Assembly: GCF_000018105.1 (NCBI RefSeq)
Contig: NC_009925.1
Coordinates: forward strand, 5,010,001-5,042,000
Direction: 5' to 3'
Source: Acaryochloris marina MBIC11017
Lineage (GTDB): Bacteria > Cyanobacteriota > Cyanobacteriia > Thermosynechococcales > Thermosynechococcaceae
Length of the DNA stretch: 32,000 nucleotides
The position numbers and the translations under genes are program-made. This document shows positions 1-8,816 of the stretch, piece by piece. Positions within the stretch are counted from its first letter, which is position 1. The number at the start of each line of letters is the position of its first letter. Under the pieces are notes generated by a model. The model made no database searches, had not been told where the DNA came from, and saw only the letters and a program-made list of their open reading frames with translations.

Positions 1-1
1 C

Positions 2-1324
2 TCTAATGTCAGCGCTTCATCTAACTTATTTCCAGGTGGGAATGGAAAAGGTGGGAATATAGAAATATTCGCATCAGAAATTGTTCATATATTTGGCGTT
101 TCTAAGCTAGTAGGCCCATTTGAAGGATTCTCTAGTGGACTTTTCACAACTACGGATGAAGGAGCGATTGGTCCCGCTGGTAAAATCACTGTTACGACCG
201 ACATCTTTCGCATAACTGATGGTGCAAGTGTTAGTGCCCAAACATTCAACGCAAGCACTGGTGGTGATATAACCATAAACGCCAGGATTTTTGAAGCACT
301 CAGGGGCGGTCAACTTGTTACCACCACAAGCAGTATTGGTGATGCAGGGAATATTAGGCTGAATGTTTCTGAGTCAATTTTACTTTCTGGCGATGATCCC
401 ACATTTTTTGTTCGTAAAGCAAAATTCCCTGATATAGTCCAAAATGAAGGATCGGCTAGCGGACTATTTGCTACCAGCCGTCCCAATTCAACGGGAAAAG
501 CTGGGAGTATCATAATTGATCCTCAATCATTCTTTATTAGCAATGGGGCACAAATTGCTGTAAATAGCCAAGGCAATAGCCCTGCAGGTAATGTAAACCT
601 GCAAGCAGGAAACTTAACACTTGACAAGGGAAAAATACTGGCTACCTCAACTAGTGGACAAGGTGGAGATATAAACCTTGATATTGATAATTTCCTCTTT
701 TTAACCAATGGCAGTCAAATTTCTGCAACTGCTGGCAATCAAAATACTAGTGGTGATGGTGGCAACGTCACCATCAATACGGAACTTCTAGTGGCTCTCA
801 ATAATAGTGATATCACTGCAAACGCCTTCACAGGAAAGGGAGGTAATATTCAAATTACTACCCGTGGTTTGTTTCAATCCCCTGATAGTAATATTACTGC
901 TAGCTCGGAAAGTGGTGTAAACGGTCAAGTTATTATCAATAACCCTGAAGTTGACCCTAGTGAAAGTTTGTCAGAACTACCCGAATCTGTAGAACCTCCT
1001 CAAGATATTGCCAAGGGGTGTCGCCCAGGTCAGACTCTTGGGGACAGTAACTTCGTTCATGTTGGGCGTGGTGGTCTTCCCCCAGGTCCCCACGAAGCCC
1101 AAACTCCATCCACCGTATGGAAAGACCTTCGCGCTAACAATCTCCAACCCTCTTACACAACCACTGTAGATACTTCGCCTACGCCTTCAGCCCCTGAAAT
1201 CTCTAAAGTGGGTCCTGATATCGTAGAAGCAAAAGGCTGGAGCAAAGATTCCCAGGGTCGCATTTACCTAACCGCCAACGTTCCCCAACCTGTTAACAGC
1301 CCCCAACCCATTGCAACTTGCTAG
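2..1324 (+). CDS. Filamentous-haemagglutinin-like beta-helix repeat exoprotein, C-terminal part (5' end lies upstream of the window)
   Basis: Frame 2 is open from nt 2 to TAG 1322-1324; the ORF track lists it only from an internal start at 791. The translation is a degenerate beta-helix repeat (GKGGNIEI, AGKITVTT, GGDITINA, AGNIRLNV, AGSIIIDP, AGNVNLQA, GGDINLDI, GGNVTINT, GGNIQITT). It ends with FVHVGRGGLPPGP, a C-terminal motif I recognise from cyanobacterial FHA-family proteins. Confidence 0.8.
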   Translation, partial: SNVSASSNLFPGGNGKGGNIEIFASEIVHIFGVSKLVGPFEGFSSGLFTTTDEGAIGPAGKITVTTDIFRITDGASVSAQTFNASTGGDITINARIFEALRGGQLVTTTSSIGDAGNIRLNVSESILLSGDDPTFFVRKAKFPDIVQNEGSASGLFATSRPNSTGKAGSIIIDPQSFFISNGAQIAVNSQGNSPAGNVNLQAGNLTLDKGKILATSTSGQGGDINLDIDNFLFLTNGSQISATAGNQNTSGDGGNVTINTELLVALNNSDITANAFTGKGGNIQITTRGLFQSPDSNITASSESGVNGQVIINNPEVDPSESLSELPESVEPPQDIAKGCRPGQTLGDSNFVHVGRGGLPPGPHEAQTPSTVWKDLRANNLQPSYTTTVDTSPTPSAPEISKVGPDIVEAKGWSKDSQGRIYLTANVPQPVNSPQPIATC

Positions 1325-1386
1325 ACACCCCAGATTGACCGAAAATAAATGTCTAAATCGAGAAACTGGGCATTTGTCATTCGTTT

Positions 1387-2805
1387 GTGAACATGGGCAA
1401 AAGAATCTGGAAAAGCATCACACCATCAACAACCGTGAGGAAGGGAACATTAATGCTTCAAAGAAAGGCTCGAAGACTACTGCCTCTTACTCGTAAAAGA
1501 TTACGCTGGGTGGGAGTGGCCCTTTGCAGTACCTGCCTAGTCCTTGGTCTCAGCCTTGGGCAACGTCCCGCCCACTCAACCTCAACTCTCCCCACCGCGA
1601 ACCAACTAACCATCAGCACTCCCACAACCCCTCACCCACGTCTGGCTAACAACCCAACCCAACTAGTGGAACAAGGGAAAGCCTTTTACCAAGGGGGACA
1701 GTACGCCGCAGCCGCAGAAGCCTGGTCACAAGCTGCCCAAGCTTATAAAGGTCAGCCCCTAAATCAAGCCATCGTCCTCAATCAACTTAGCCTTGCTCAA
1801 CAAGAACTGGGGCAATGGTTAAAGGCCCAAGATAGCCTAAGTAAAAGCTTAGATATTGTTGGCGACCCTCCAGCCCCAGAATATTTATCTATTTATGCCC
1901 AAGCCTTAAATGCTCAAGGCAGTTTGAACCTATCCCAGGGTGATCCCAAAAAGGCTATGAATACTTGGGGGAAAACAGCCAAAATCTATGCTCAACTGGG
2001 GGATGAAATTGGTCGCATTGGTAGCTTGATTAATCAGGCCCAGGCCCAGCAAGTGATGGGGCTCTACCTACAATCTCGCAAAACTCTGGAAAAAGTTACC
2101 GCTGAATTGGACCAGCAGGCTAATCCAGAAATCCGGGCCACTGGATATCGCAGCTTAGGGAATGTTTTGCGCTTAGTGGGTGATCTGGAAGAAGCAGAGA
2201 AATCCCTACTGCTAAGCTTACAGAACGCCGAAGCAACCGACGCGCCCCAAGAAGTAAGCATGACCTTACTAAGCTTGGGAAATACCGCTCGCGCCCGGAA
2301 ATCCTATGACCTTGCCATTGACTATTACCAAAAAGCAGCCCAGTCTCCCATCCCTTCTACCCAACACCAGGCACGGCTGAATCTGCTCAGTGTATTAATC
2401 GAGAAACAGGATTGGTCCCAAGCTCAGAAACTCTGGCCACAGATTGAAACAGAATTGGCTGGGCAGCCCCCCAGTCGCCGTAATATCTATAGCAAGGTGA
2501 ACCTTGTCAAAAGTCTGGTAAAGCTCAATCAAGACTCTCCTAGCCAGACACCAACTATTCTCGATATTGCCAAAATAACGGCAAAGGCAATTCAGCAATC
2601 TAACGACATTGATGATCCAAGAGCACAGGCATATGCGTTAGGCAATTTTGGACATCTCTATGAACTAAGCGAACAATGGTCAGAAGCTCGCAAGTATACA
2701 GAACAAGCTTTATTTATTGCCCAAGCCACTAATGCCAGCGAGATCATCTACCAGTGGCAATGGCAATTGGGGCGAATTATGGATGCCCAAATGGAAATTG
2801 ACTAA
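1387..2805 (+). CDS. TPR-repeat N-terminal fragment of a TPR-CHAT protein, ended by an in-frame TAA (see findings; probably a pseudogene half)
   Basis: 472-aa ORF. It has an N-terminal signal-anchor-like segment (RLRWVGVALCSTCLVLGLSLG) followed by many TPR-like helical pairs (GKAFYQGGQYAAAAEAWSQAAQAY, LGNVLRLVGDLEEAEKSL, LGNTARARKSYDLAIDYYQKA, LGNFGHLYELSEQWSEARKYTEQAL). The start is uncertain: GTG 1387, ATG 1393 or ATG 1453. Confidence 0.7.
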   Translation: MNMGKRIWKSITPSTTVRKGTLMLQRKARRLLPLTRKRLRWVGVALCSTCLVLGLSLGQRPAHSTSTLPTANQLTISTPTTPHPRLANNPTQLVEQGKAFYQGGQYAAAAEAWSQAAQAYKGQPLNQAIVLNQLSLAQQELGQWLKAQDSLSKSLDIVGDPPAPEYLSIYAQALNAQGSLNLSQGDPKKAMNTWGKTAKIYAQLGDEIGRIGSLINQAQAQQVMGLYLQSRKTLEKVTAELDQQANPEIRATGYRSLGNVLRLVGDLEEAEKSLLLSLQNAEATDAPQEVSMTLLSLGNTARARKSYDLAIDYYQKAAQSPIPSTQHQARLNLLSVLIEKQDWSQAQKLWPQIETELAGQPPSRRNIYSKVNLVKSLVKLNQDSPSQTPTILDIAKITAKAIQQSNDIDDPRAQAYALGNFGHLYELSEQWSEARKYTEQALFIAQATNASEIIYQWQWQLGRIMDAQMEID

Positions 2806-2928
2806 GCCACCTCAGCTTATCAAGGGGCTTACCAAACCTTAGAGTATCTCCGCAAAGATCTAGTTGCCACCAATCCAGAAGCCCAATTCTCTTTCCGTGA
2901 GAGTGTAGAGCCGGTTTATAGAGAGCTT

Positions 2929-4080
2929 GTGGATCTGTTGCTGCGAGGAGGTAATCCTAGCCAAGAGAATCTGAAAAAAGCCCGTGAGGTGATGGAATCT
3001 CTCCAATTGACGGAACTGGACAATTTCTTTCGTTCTGCCTGTTTGGATGGCCAAATTATCAGTATCGAAGACATTGACCAACAGTCAGCAGCGGTGGTGT
3101 ATCCCATTCTGCTGAAGGATCGCATTGAGCTGATAACCAGTTTGCCTCAGCAGGAAGACTTACAGCATCAATCGATGCCCATTCCTCAAGCAAAGGTAGA
3201 AGAGACCATCCAGCGATTTCGTGATGAGATTGGAAAACCCTACACTCATAATGAAACCAAGGTGTTAGGCCAAGTTATCTACAACTGGCTGATTCAACCC
3301 CTCCAAGCTGACTTAGAAGACAGCCAGGCTGATACCTTAGTGTTTGTATTGGATGGAGTCCTCCGTAACCTGCCTCTCGCGGCATTATACGATGGTGAGA
3401 ATTATTTGATCGAGAAATATGCCCTAGCGTTAGCCCCAGGTATGCAGTTGATCAATACTGAGCCTCTACAAGGGCGAGAACTCCAAGTGATTGCAGCAGG
3501 GATTAGTGAAGCACGAGGTCCTTTTCCAGCCCTGAAATTTGTCAAAATAGAATTAGATAAGATTAGCAGATTGGTTACCAGTGAAGTGCTGCTGAACCGC
3601 GATTTTACCAGTACTGCCCTACAAGAACAAATCCAGTCCTTGCCCTATCCCATTGTGCATCTTGCCACCCACGGTAAATTTAGCTCTGAAGCAGAGAAAA
3701 CCATTCTGCTGGCTTGGGACAAAGAAATCAACGTCAATCAGCTTAATGAGCTACTTCGTAGCAGTGAACAAGTCCGACCGGAACCTATCGAACTCCTGGT
3801 TCTCAGTGCCTGTGAAACGGCAGCAGGCGATGACCGAGCTGCTTTAGGTCTTGCGGGGGTTTCTGTTCAGGCTGGAGCCCGGAGCACCCTGGCATCCCTT
3901 TGGAGCCTAGATGATCAATCCACAGCCTCGATCATTGGAGAATTTTACGATCAGCTCGTTCAAACTGGTTCGTCGAAAGCGAAAGCGCTGCAGAAAGCTC
4001 AGGTCGCTATGATCCAAGATCCAGATTTCCGTCACCCGGCCCACTGGTCAGCGTTTGTGCTGGTGGGGAACTGGCTGTAA
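2929..4080 (+). CDS. CHAT (caspase-like peptidase) domain, C-terminal fragment of the same TPR-CHAT gene
   Basis: It lies in the same frame as 1387-2805, and no stop occurs between 2806 and 2929. CHAT hallmarks are present: VFVLDGVLRNLPLAALYDG, the His motif IVHLATHGKF, the Cys motif LLVLSACETAAGD, SLWSLDD and HPAHWSAFVLVGNW. The true coding continuity starts at 2806, directly after the TAA. Confidence 0.75.
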   Translation: MDLLLRGGNPSQENLKKAREVMESLQLTELDNFFRSACLDGQIISIEDIDQQSAAVVYPILLKDRIELITSLPQQEDLQHQSMPIPQAKVEETIQRFRDEIGKPYTHNETKVLGQVIYNWLIQPLQADLEDSQADTLVFVLDGVLRNLPLAALYDGENYLIEKYALALAPGMQLINTEPLQGRELQVIAAGISEARGPFPALKFVKIELDKISRLVTSEVLLNRDFTSTALQEQIQSLPYPIVHLATHGKFSSEAEKTILLAWDKEINVNQLNELLRSSEQVRPEPIELLVLSACETAAGDDRAALGLAGVSVQAGARSTLASLWSLDDQSTASIIGEFYDQLVQTGSSKAKALQKAQVAMIQDPDFRHPAHWSAFVLVGNWL

Positions 4081-4099
4081 TTTAGCTTTCATAAAAAAA

Positions 4100-4172
<73 letters not shown>

Positions 4173-4386
4173 GCGGTTAGTAACTTTTGACCTTTGTCAT
4201 CGTAGCGAACTTATTACCACTTGGCAACCACAAACTTCTCTTAACTTTGAATTCGGTCCAGTCAGTTCCCAGTATGGGTTGCCCCTGACCTTTCATTTGA
4301 CTGGGCCGCATTGGCACTACGACATTCCCATGGGAGAGATTCAGTACCTCCCATAGGGGGATAACGAAAGATTGCCCGCAATATTA

Positions 4387-5709
4387 CTACTGGGAAGAGG
4401 AGGATTGCAGATTGCCGTTATTATTGGCCAGAATTTTCTCGTTGAGCACAGACAGGGCTTTGGCATATTGAGGGTCGGCTAGGGTACCAATTTTGTCTCG
4501 GTCCTGCGAGAGGGCTTCTCGCTGATCATCTGTGAGTTTAACCTCGATATCCGGTTCAATTCCTTTTTTATTGATATCTCGACCGCTAGGGGTAAAGTAT
4601 TTGGCAACGGTCACTGCTAGGCCTGAGCCATCTTCTAAAGGATGTACGGATTGCACCAACCCTTTCCCAAAAGTCTTCGTGCCAATAAGAACAGCGCGCT
4701 TGTTGTCCTGCAGGGCACCCGCCAAAATTTCGCTGGCGCTGGCTGATCCGCCATCTACGAGAATGACGAGAGGTTTATCGGTGAGGGTGTTTTTCCCAGA
4801 GGTGAGCTTGTCTTCACCACCTTTCCGGTCAACAGTGGAAACAATGGTGCCTTTACCCATCCACATGCGGGCGATCTCCGCACTGGAGTAGAGTAGACCC
4901 CCTGGATTCGAACGCAGGTCAAGGATAAAGCCTGCCACCTTTTGTTTCTTCAACTCTTGAATCGCTTCGCGCATTTCCGAGGAGGCATTGTTGCTGAACT
5001 GATTGAGGCGAATATAGCCCACATTGCCAGCTGAATTCTTCTGGTTGGAAAAGCGGACGGGATGAATTTCAATCCGGGCTCGCTTAATCTTGAAACTGAG
5101 TTGTTCTTTATCCCGCAGAACGGTGAGGGTAACGTCTGTGTTGACGGGACCCCGAATTAAGCTGACAACACCATTAATATCCATTCCTTTGGTGCTTTTG
5201 TTGTCAACTTTGATGATGACATCCTTAGACAAAAGTCCAGCGTCGGCGGCTGGACTCCCTTCAATGGGGGAAATAACGGTGATTTCTTTGGTCTCTTCAT
5301 CCTGGGTGATTTGAATCCCAACCCCCGTCAGCTCACCGGAGGTATCAATTTGCATACTTTTGAATTGCTCTGGATCCATGAAGCGAGTGTAAGGATCTTC
5401 CAGCTTGTCTAGCATTTCCCGGACGGCTTTATAGGCTTCGTCCCGAGAGGTGTAGTTGCGATTTAAATACTGGTTGCGGATGTCGCGCCAATCATTGCCA
5501 TTGAAAGTGGCGTCAACATAGTCATGATTGATGACTTGCCAAACCTCGTCCACCACTTCTTTCGGACTTTCTTTGAACACTGCCCAGCTGGACTGCCAAA
5601 GGTTTGCACCAATGACTACAACGCCCGCTCCAACAAGGGCTGTTGTTCCTAATACTAATCCGTCTTTTGAATTCGCCATAAGCCTAACCCAATTGGTTTC
5701 GTGAGGCAC
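4387..5709 (-). CDS. Carboxyl-terminal processing protease, S41 family with PDZ domain (cyanobacterial Ctp family; paralogue A/B/C not resolvable)
   Basis: 440-aa ORF. It has an N-terminal membrane anchor, a PDZ-like GVGIQI...ISPIEGSPAADAGLLSKDVIIKVD, and the S41 motifs LDLRSNPGG, VDGGSASASEILAGAL (Ser nucleophile) and TFGKGLVQS (Lys). An alternative start is the second Met at 5679. Confidence 0.9.
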   Translation of the reverse strand: MPHETNWVRLMANSKDGLVLGTTALVGAGVVVIGANLWQSSWAVFKESPKEVVDEVWQVINHDYVDATFNGNDWRDIRNQYLNRNYTSRDEAYKAVREMLDKLEDPYTRFMDPEQFKSMQIDTSGELTGVGIQITQDEETKEITVISPIEGSPAADAGLLSKDVIIKVDNKSTKGMDINGVVSLIRGPVNTDVTLTVLRDKEQLSFKIKRARIEIHPVRFSNQKNSAGNVGYIRLNQFSNNASSEMREAIQELKKQKVAGFILDLRSNPGGLLYSSAEIARMWMGKGTIVSTVDRKGGEDKLTSGKNTLTDKPLVILVDGGSASASEILAGALQDNKRAVLIGTKTFGKGLVQSVHPLEDGSGLAVTVAKYFTPSGRDINKKGIEPDIEVKLTDDQREALSQDRDKIGTLADPQYAKALSVLNEKILANNNGNLQSSSSQ

Positions 5710-5811
5710 TATCTCTTTTTTTATACAACAAAGAGACAGTGAGGTACGCCCACTCTAGCACAAGCATCTAGAAGGCTACATGAGTTTGAAATGAGTTTTG
5801 GATGATGCCAT

Positions 5812-7548
5812 TTATTCTTGCTGTTGCCAGGTCTGAATTTGGAGTTGGGCAGAGTCATAGACACGACTATTACTCGGGATTTTTTGTGCGATCGCAATAG
5901 CTGCATCCCGATCCGCTAACGCCTGTCCCCGAGCCATATCTAGCAATTGCTCAGACCAGTTATCAATGGAAATTTTGGCCTGAAATTGGGCGGGGGACTC
6001 CGGGGCAATCTGATTGGCTTGTTCAATCGCGGCTGCTAAAGCTTTGGGGGTCCCTTGGCTGGCAATGGTTTCTGCACTCTTCAGCAGTTGATCGGGACCG
6101 TTTGTGGGTACCGTCTGTAGAGGCTCATCTAGAGGCGTACTTTCTGGGGGTTGCAGCTGATATTGCCAGTCCGAAATCCGAAGTTGGGCTTCATCGTATA
6201 ACGCTCGCCCAGGTCGTATCCTTTGAGCTTCCGCAATAGCGGCTTGCAGATCTGTCGGTCCACCTTGTAGAGCCAATTGATCGGCTCGGTCAAGGATGGG
6301 TTGATCTTCCCGGAACTGAATTTGAGATTGCCACTGGTCAATCTCTTGTTGGGCTTCTTGCCAACGATCACTCTGGGATGAGATTTGCTGGGCTTGAGCA
6401 ACCGCGGAGGTTAAATCGCCAATGTCTCCCGTTTGGGCTTGCATCTGAGCCGTTTGCAAAAGCTGGATATTGGTAATTTCTTGCTGCCAATGGGAGATTA
6501 AAGTTTGGGCCTTGCCATAAAGAGGACTGTTGATATCCAATTTACTAGCCTGGTTAATGGCTTCTTCGAGATTCACAATAGTGCCATTCCAGGCAGAGGC
6601 GCTGGCCTGGGCAATCTTCATAAAGTCTTGGGCTTGCGTCCAGACTGGCGTATCTTGCGGAATCAACTGCAAGGCATCCATGCTGGCATGGTAGTTGCGG
6701 CGCTCTAATGAATACTCCGCAATGGTAATCAGCTTGCGGGCTATGGTGTTTTGGGTCTTGCGAGCAGAGCGACGATAGACGCTATCTGAAATCAGCTCCT
6801 GCACGAGTCCTAGGGATTCCGATAGATTCTCCAGTCCCCCTCGTCGCATTAAGCGCTTGGCTTTGACCAATTTACGCTCATCTTTCTGGGCGACGATGAT
6901 TTTCTCAGTCATAGAATCAAACTGGGTGCCAGACCAGTAGCGATTATCGACCTGCACCAGCTTGATCATAATGCCGTAGGCTTTGCGCCATTCCTCATTA
7001 TTAAGGGCAGCCTCAGCTCTTTTATAGATGTCTTCTCCCTCTGCCCAAACCTGCTGCCATTCTTCTACCCGCTCTTTCACCACTTTATAGGCGGTGGTTT
7101 GGGCAGGGATACGCTGGGCATATTCAATGGCGCGGTCTAACTTACCTGCATGAAAGGCTTTTTCGGCCAAATCCAACGCTTGGGTGGACCATTGCTCAAT
7201 GAGAGGATTGATGGCTGGACGCAGGGGATGGTTCGCATCGAGGGCATCCACTAATGCGATCGCAGCAAACAAATCTTCCAGCGTCTGCTTACTCGCTTTT
7301 TCTTGGGCGCAGTAAACCCGCAACGAACCGGATGCAAAGGGCCAAAAGACTTGAGCACAATTGGGCTTTGCAGGTTGGTGTAAAAGCAGTCGGTAGGAGC
7401 CAAAGCTAACCCCACCGGATAGTGCGATCGCCACCATGCCCCAAATAGGCCAATACTTTAAAAACTTAAATCGGCTGGCACCTCGATAGGGCACAGCTTC
7501 AGAGCTGATAGAAGAAGCAATAAGATTGGCTTTAGAATCAGTCGTCAT
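5812..7548 (-). CDS. Membrane-anchored protein with tandem helical repeats of roughly 35 aa, function unknown
   Basis: 578-aa ORF with one N-terminal hydrophobic helix (WPIWGMVAIALSGGVSFGSY). It then carries at least 6 copies of a motif AIxxAQxIxxxSxxYxxAQxxIxxWQ, listed in the findings. Confidence 0.75.
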   Translation of the reverse strand: MTTDSKANLIASSISSEAVPYRGASRFKFLKYWPIWGMVAIALSGGVSFGSYRLLLHQPAKPNCAQVFWPFASGSLRVYCAQEKASKQTLEDLFAAIALVDALDANHPLRPAINPLIEQWSTQALDLAEKAFHAGKLDRAIEYAQRIPAQTTAYKVVKERVEEWQQVWAEGEDIYKRAEAALNNEEWRKAYGIMIKLVQVDNRYWSGTQFDSMTEKIIVAQKDERKLVKAKRLMRRGGLENLSESLGLVQELISDSVYRRSARKTQNTIARKLITIAEYSLERRNYHASMDALQLIPQDTPVWTQAQDFMKIAQASASAWNGTIVNLEEAINQASKLDINSPLYGKAQTLISHWQQEITNIQLLQTAQMQAQTGDIGDLTSAVAQAQQISSQSDRWQEAQQEIDQWQSQIQFREDQPILDRADQLALQGGPTDLQAAIAEAQRIRPGRALYDEAQLRISDWQYQLQPPESTPLDEPLQTVPTNGPDQLLKSAETIASQGTPKALAAAIEQANQIAPESPAQFQAKISIDNWSEQLLDMARGQALADRDAAIAIAQKIPSNSRVYDSAQLQIQTWQQQE

Positions 7549-7859
7549 CCTGGATTTACAAGACTAAGGTCTGCAATACCCAACAACACAGATCACCCTG
7601 TGATCCTACAACTTTGTTAAGGAGGATGTCCAAATGAACCTCGCTGATGAATTCACTAATTAATAATGTGGCCTGGTGAGGAAAAAAAGAAGTTGATTCT
7701 TCTTTAACCCTGTAATTAGTTCTCCCATGTTAACCAATGTAAACATCATCTAGGGTGATCTTGGCAACATAACGCTCTAATGTATCTACTTTCCAAGGCT
7801 TCACTTGAAGTTCATTGCAGTACAATTAAAAAGATTTATTAAGAACCTGTAGGGATTCT

Positions 7860-8759
7860 ATGGCCGACCAACTTATTCGAGCCACAGCTGCTGATGATGG
7901 CATCCGAGCAGTTGGTGTGATCACCACTCGTTTAACCGAAGATGCAAGACAACGTCATGGCCTCTCCTATGTCGCAACTGCTGCTTTAGGCCGGACTATG
8001 TCTGCTGGATTATTGTTGGCGTCCAGCATGAAACAAGCAGAAGCAAGGATTAATCTCCGTATTCGTGGGGATGGGCCATTGCAAGGCATTTTAGTGGATG
8101 CTGGCTTAGACGGTACGGTCCGCGGATATGTCACCAATCCTGGGGTAGAACTCCCCCCCAATGCGAAGGGCAAGCTGGATGTGGGAGGGGCTGTCGGTAA
8201 AGGTTTTCTCTATGTGATACGGGATATGGGATATGGATACCCCTATTCCAGCACGGTGGAATTAGTCTCCGGTGAGATAGGCGAAGATGTTACTCACTAT
8301 CTGGTCACTTCAGAGCAAACCCCATCTGCTCTTGCTTTGGGGGTTTTTGTCGGGGCTCAAGGAGTCACTGCGTCTGGGGGACTGTTGATCCAAGTTTTAC
8401 CAAAAGCAGCTGAAGATCCGGCCCTTGTGGAATTACTAGAGTCTCGCCTTGCTCACTTGCAAGGCTTTACTCCCTTACTGCAAGCTGGCAAAACGCTTCC
8501 TGATATCTTTACGGACTTGCTAGGGGATATGGGACTTAAGATATTTCCCCAAACTCAAATGGTGCAATTCCAGTGCCGCTGCTCAACTGAGCGAGTGCTC
8601 GGGGCCTTGAAAATGCTCGGGCAAGATGAACTGCTAGACATGATTGAAAAGGATGATGGGGCAGAAGCAACTTGTGATTTTTGTGGTGAGGTCTATCAGG
8701 TTACCAGCGATCAGCTAGGAAAACTGATTGATGATTTAAAAACCGAAGCAGGGGCCTAG
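7860..8759 (+). CDS. hslO: Hsp33 redox-regulated chaperone
   Basis: 299-aa ORF. The N-terminus DQLIRATAADDGIRAVGVITT is typical of Hsp33. The C-terminal zinc centre CRCS...CDFCG (CxC...CxxC) is present. Confidence 0.9.
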   Translation: MADQLIRATAADDGIRAVGVITTRLTEDARQRHGLSYVATAALGRTMSAGLLLASSMKQAEARINLRIRGDGPLQGILVDAGLDGTVRGYVTNPGVELPPNAKGKLDVGGAVGKGFLYVIRDMGYGYPYSSTVELVSGEIGEDVTHYLVTSEQTPSALALGVFVGAQGVTASGGLLIQVLPKAAEDPALVELLESRLAHLQGFTPLLQAGKTLPDIFTDLLGDMGLKIFPQTQMVQFQCRCSTERVLGALKMLGQDELLDMIEKDDGAEATCDFCGEVYQVTSDQLGKLIDDLKTEAGA

Positions 8760-8816
8760 TTCTAGACCCCTGTCTTATTTCAAGCTAGAGACAGAGTAGA
8801 ATCCCGTCTCTGTTCT

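Noticed and set aside
1311-1496. 61-aa ORF bridging the FHA-like gene end and the TPR-CHAT start
   Set aside because: It overlaps both better-supported genes out of frame and has no recognisable motif.
7590-7761. Features upstream of hslO: a GATCAC-cct-GTGATC palindrome (7591-7605), a 10-bp inverted match agatcaccct/agggtgatct (7590-7599 and 7752-7761), and a 9-codon mini-ORF MNLADEFTN (7634-7663) preceded by AAGGAGG at an 8-nt spacing
   Set aside because: The elements are short enough to arise by chance in 32 kb, and I cannot test conservation. The mini-ORF has no recognisable leader-peptide logic. I note it but do not claim it as a feature.
8760-8816. Short inverted repeats between hslO and the haloperoxidase gene as a bidirectional terminator
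   Set aside because: The stems are only 6 bp with loops of about 13 nt and no clear U-tracts. This is too weak to annotate as a terminator.
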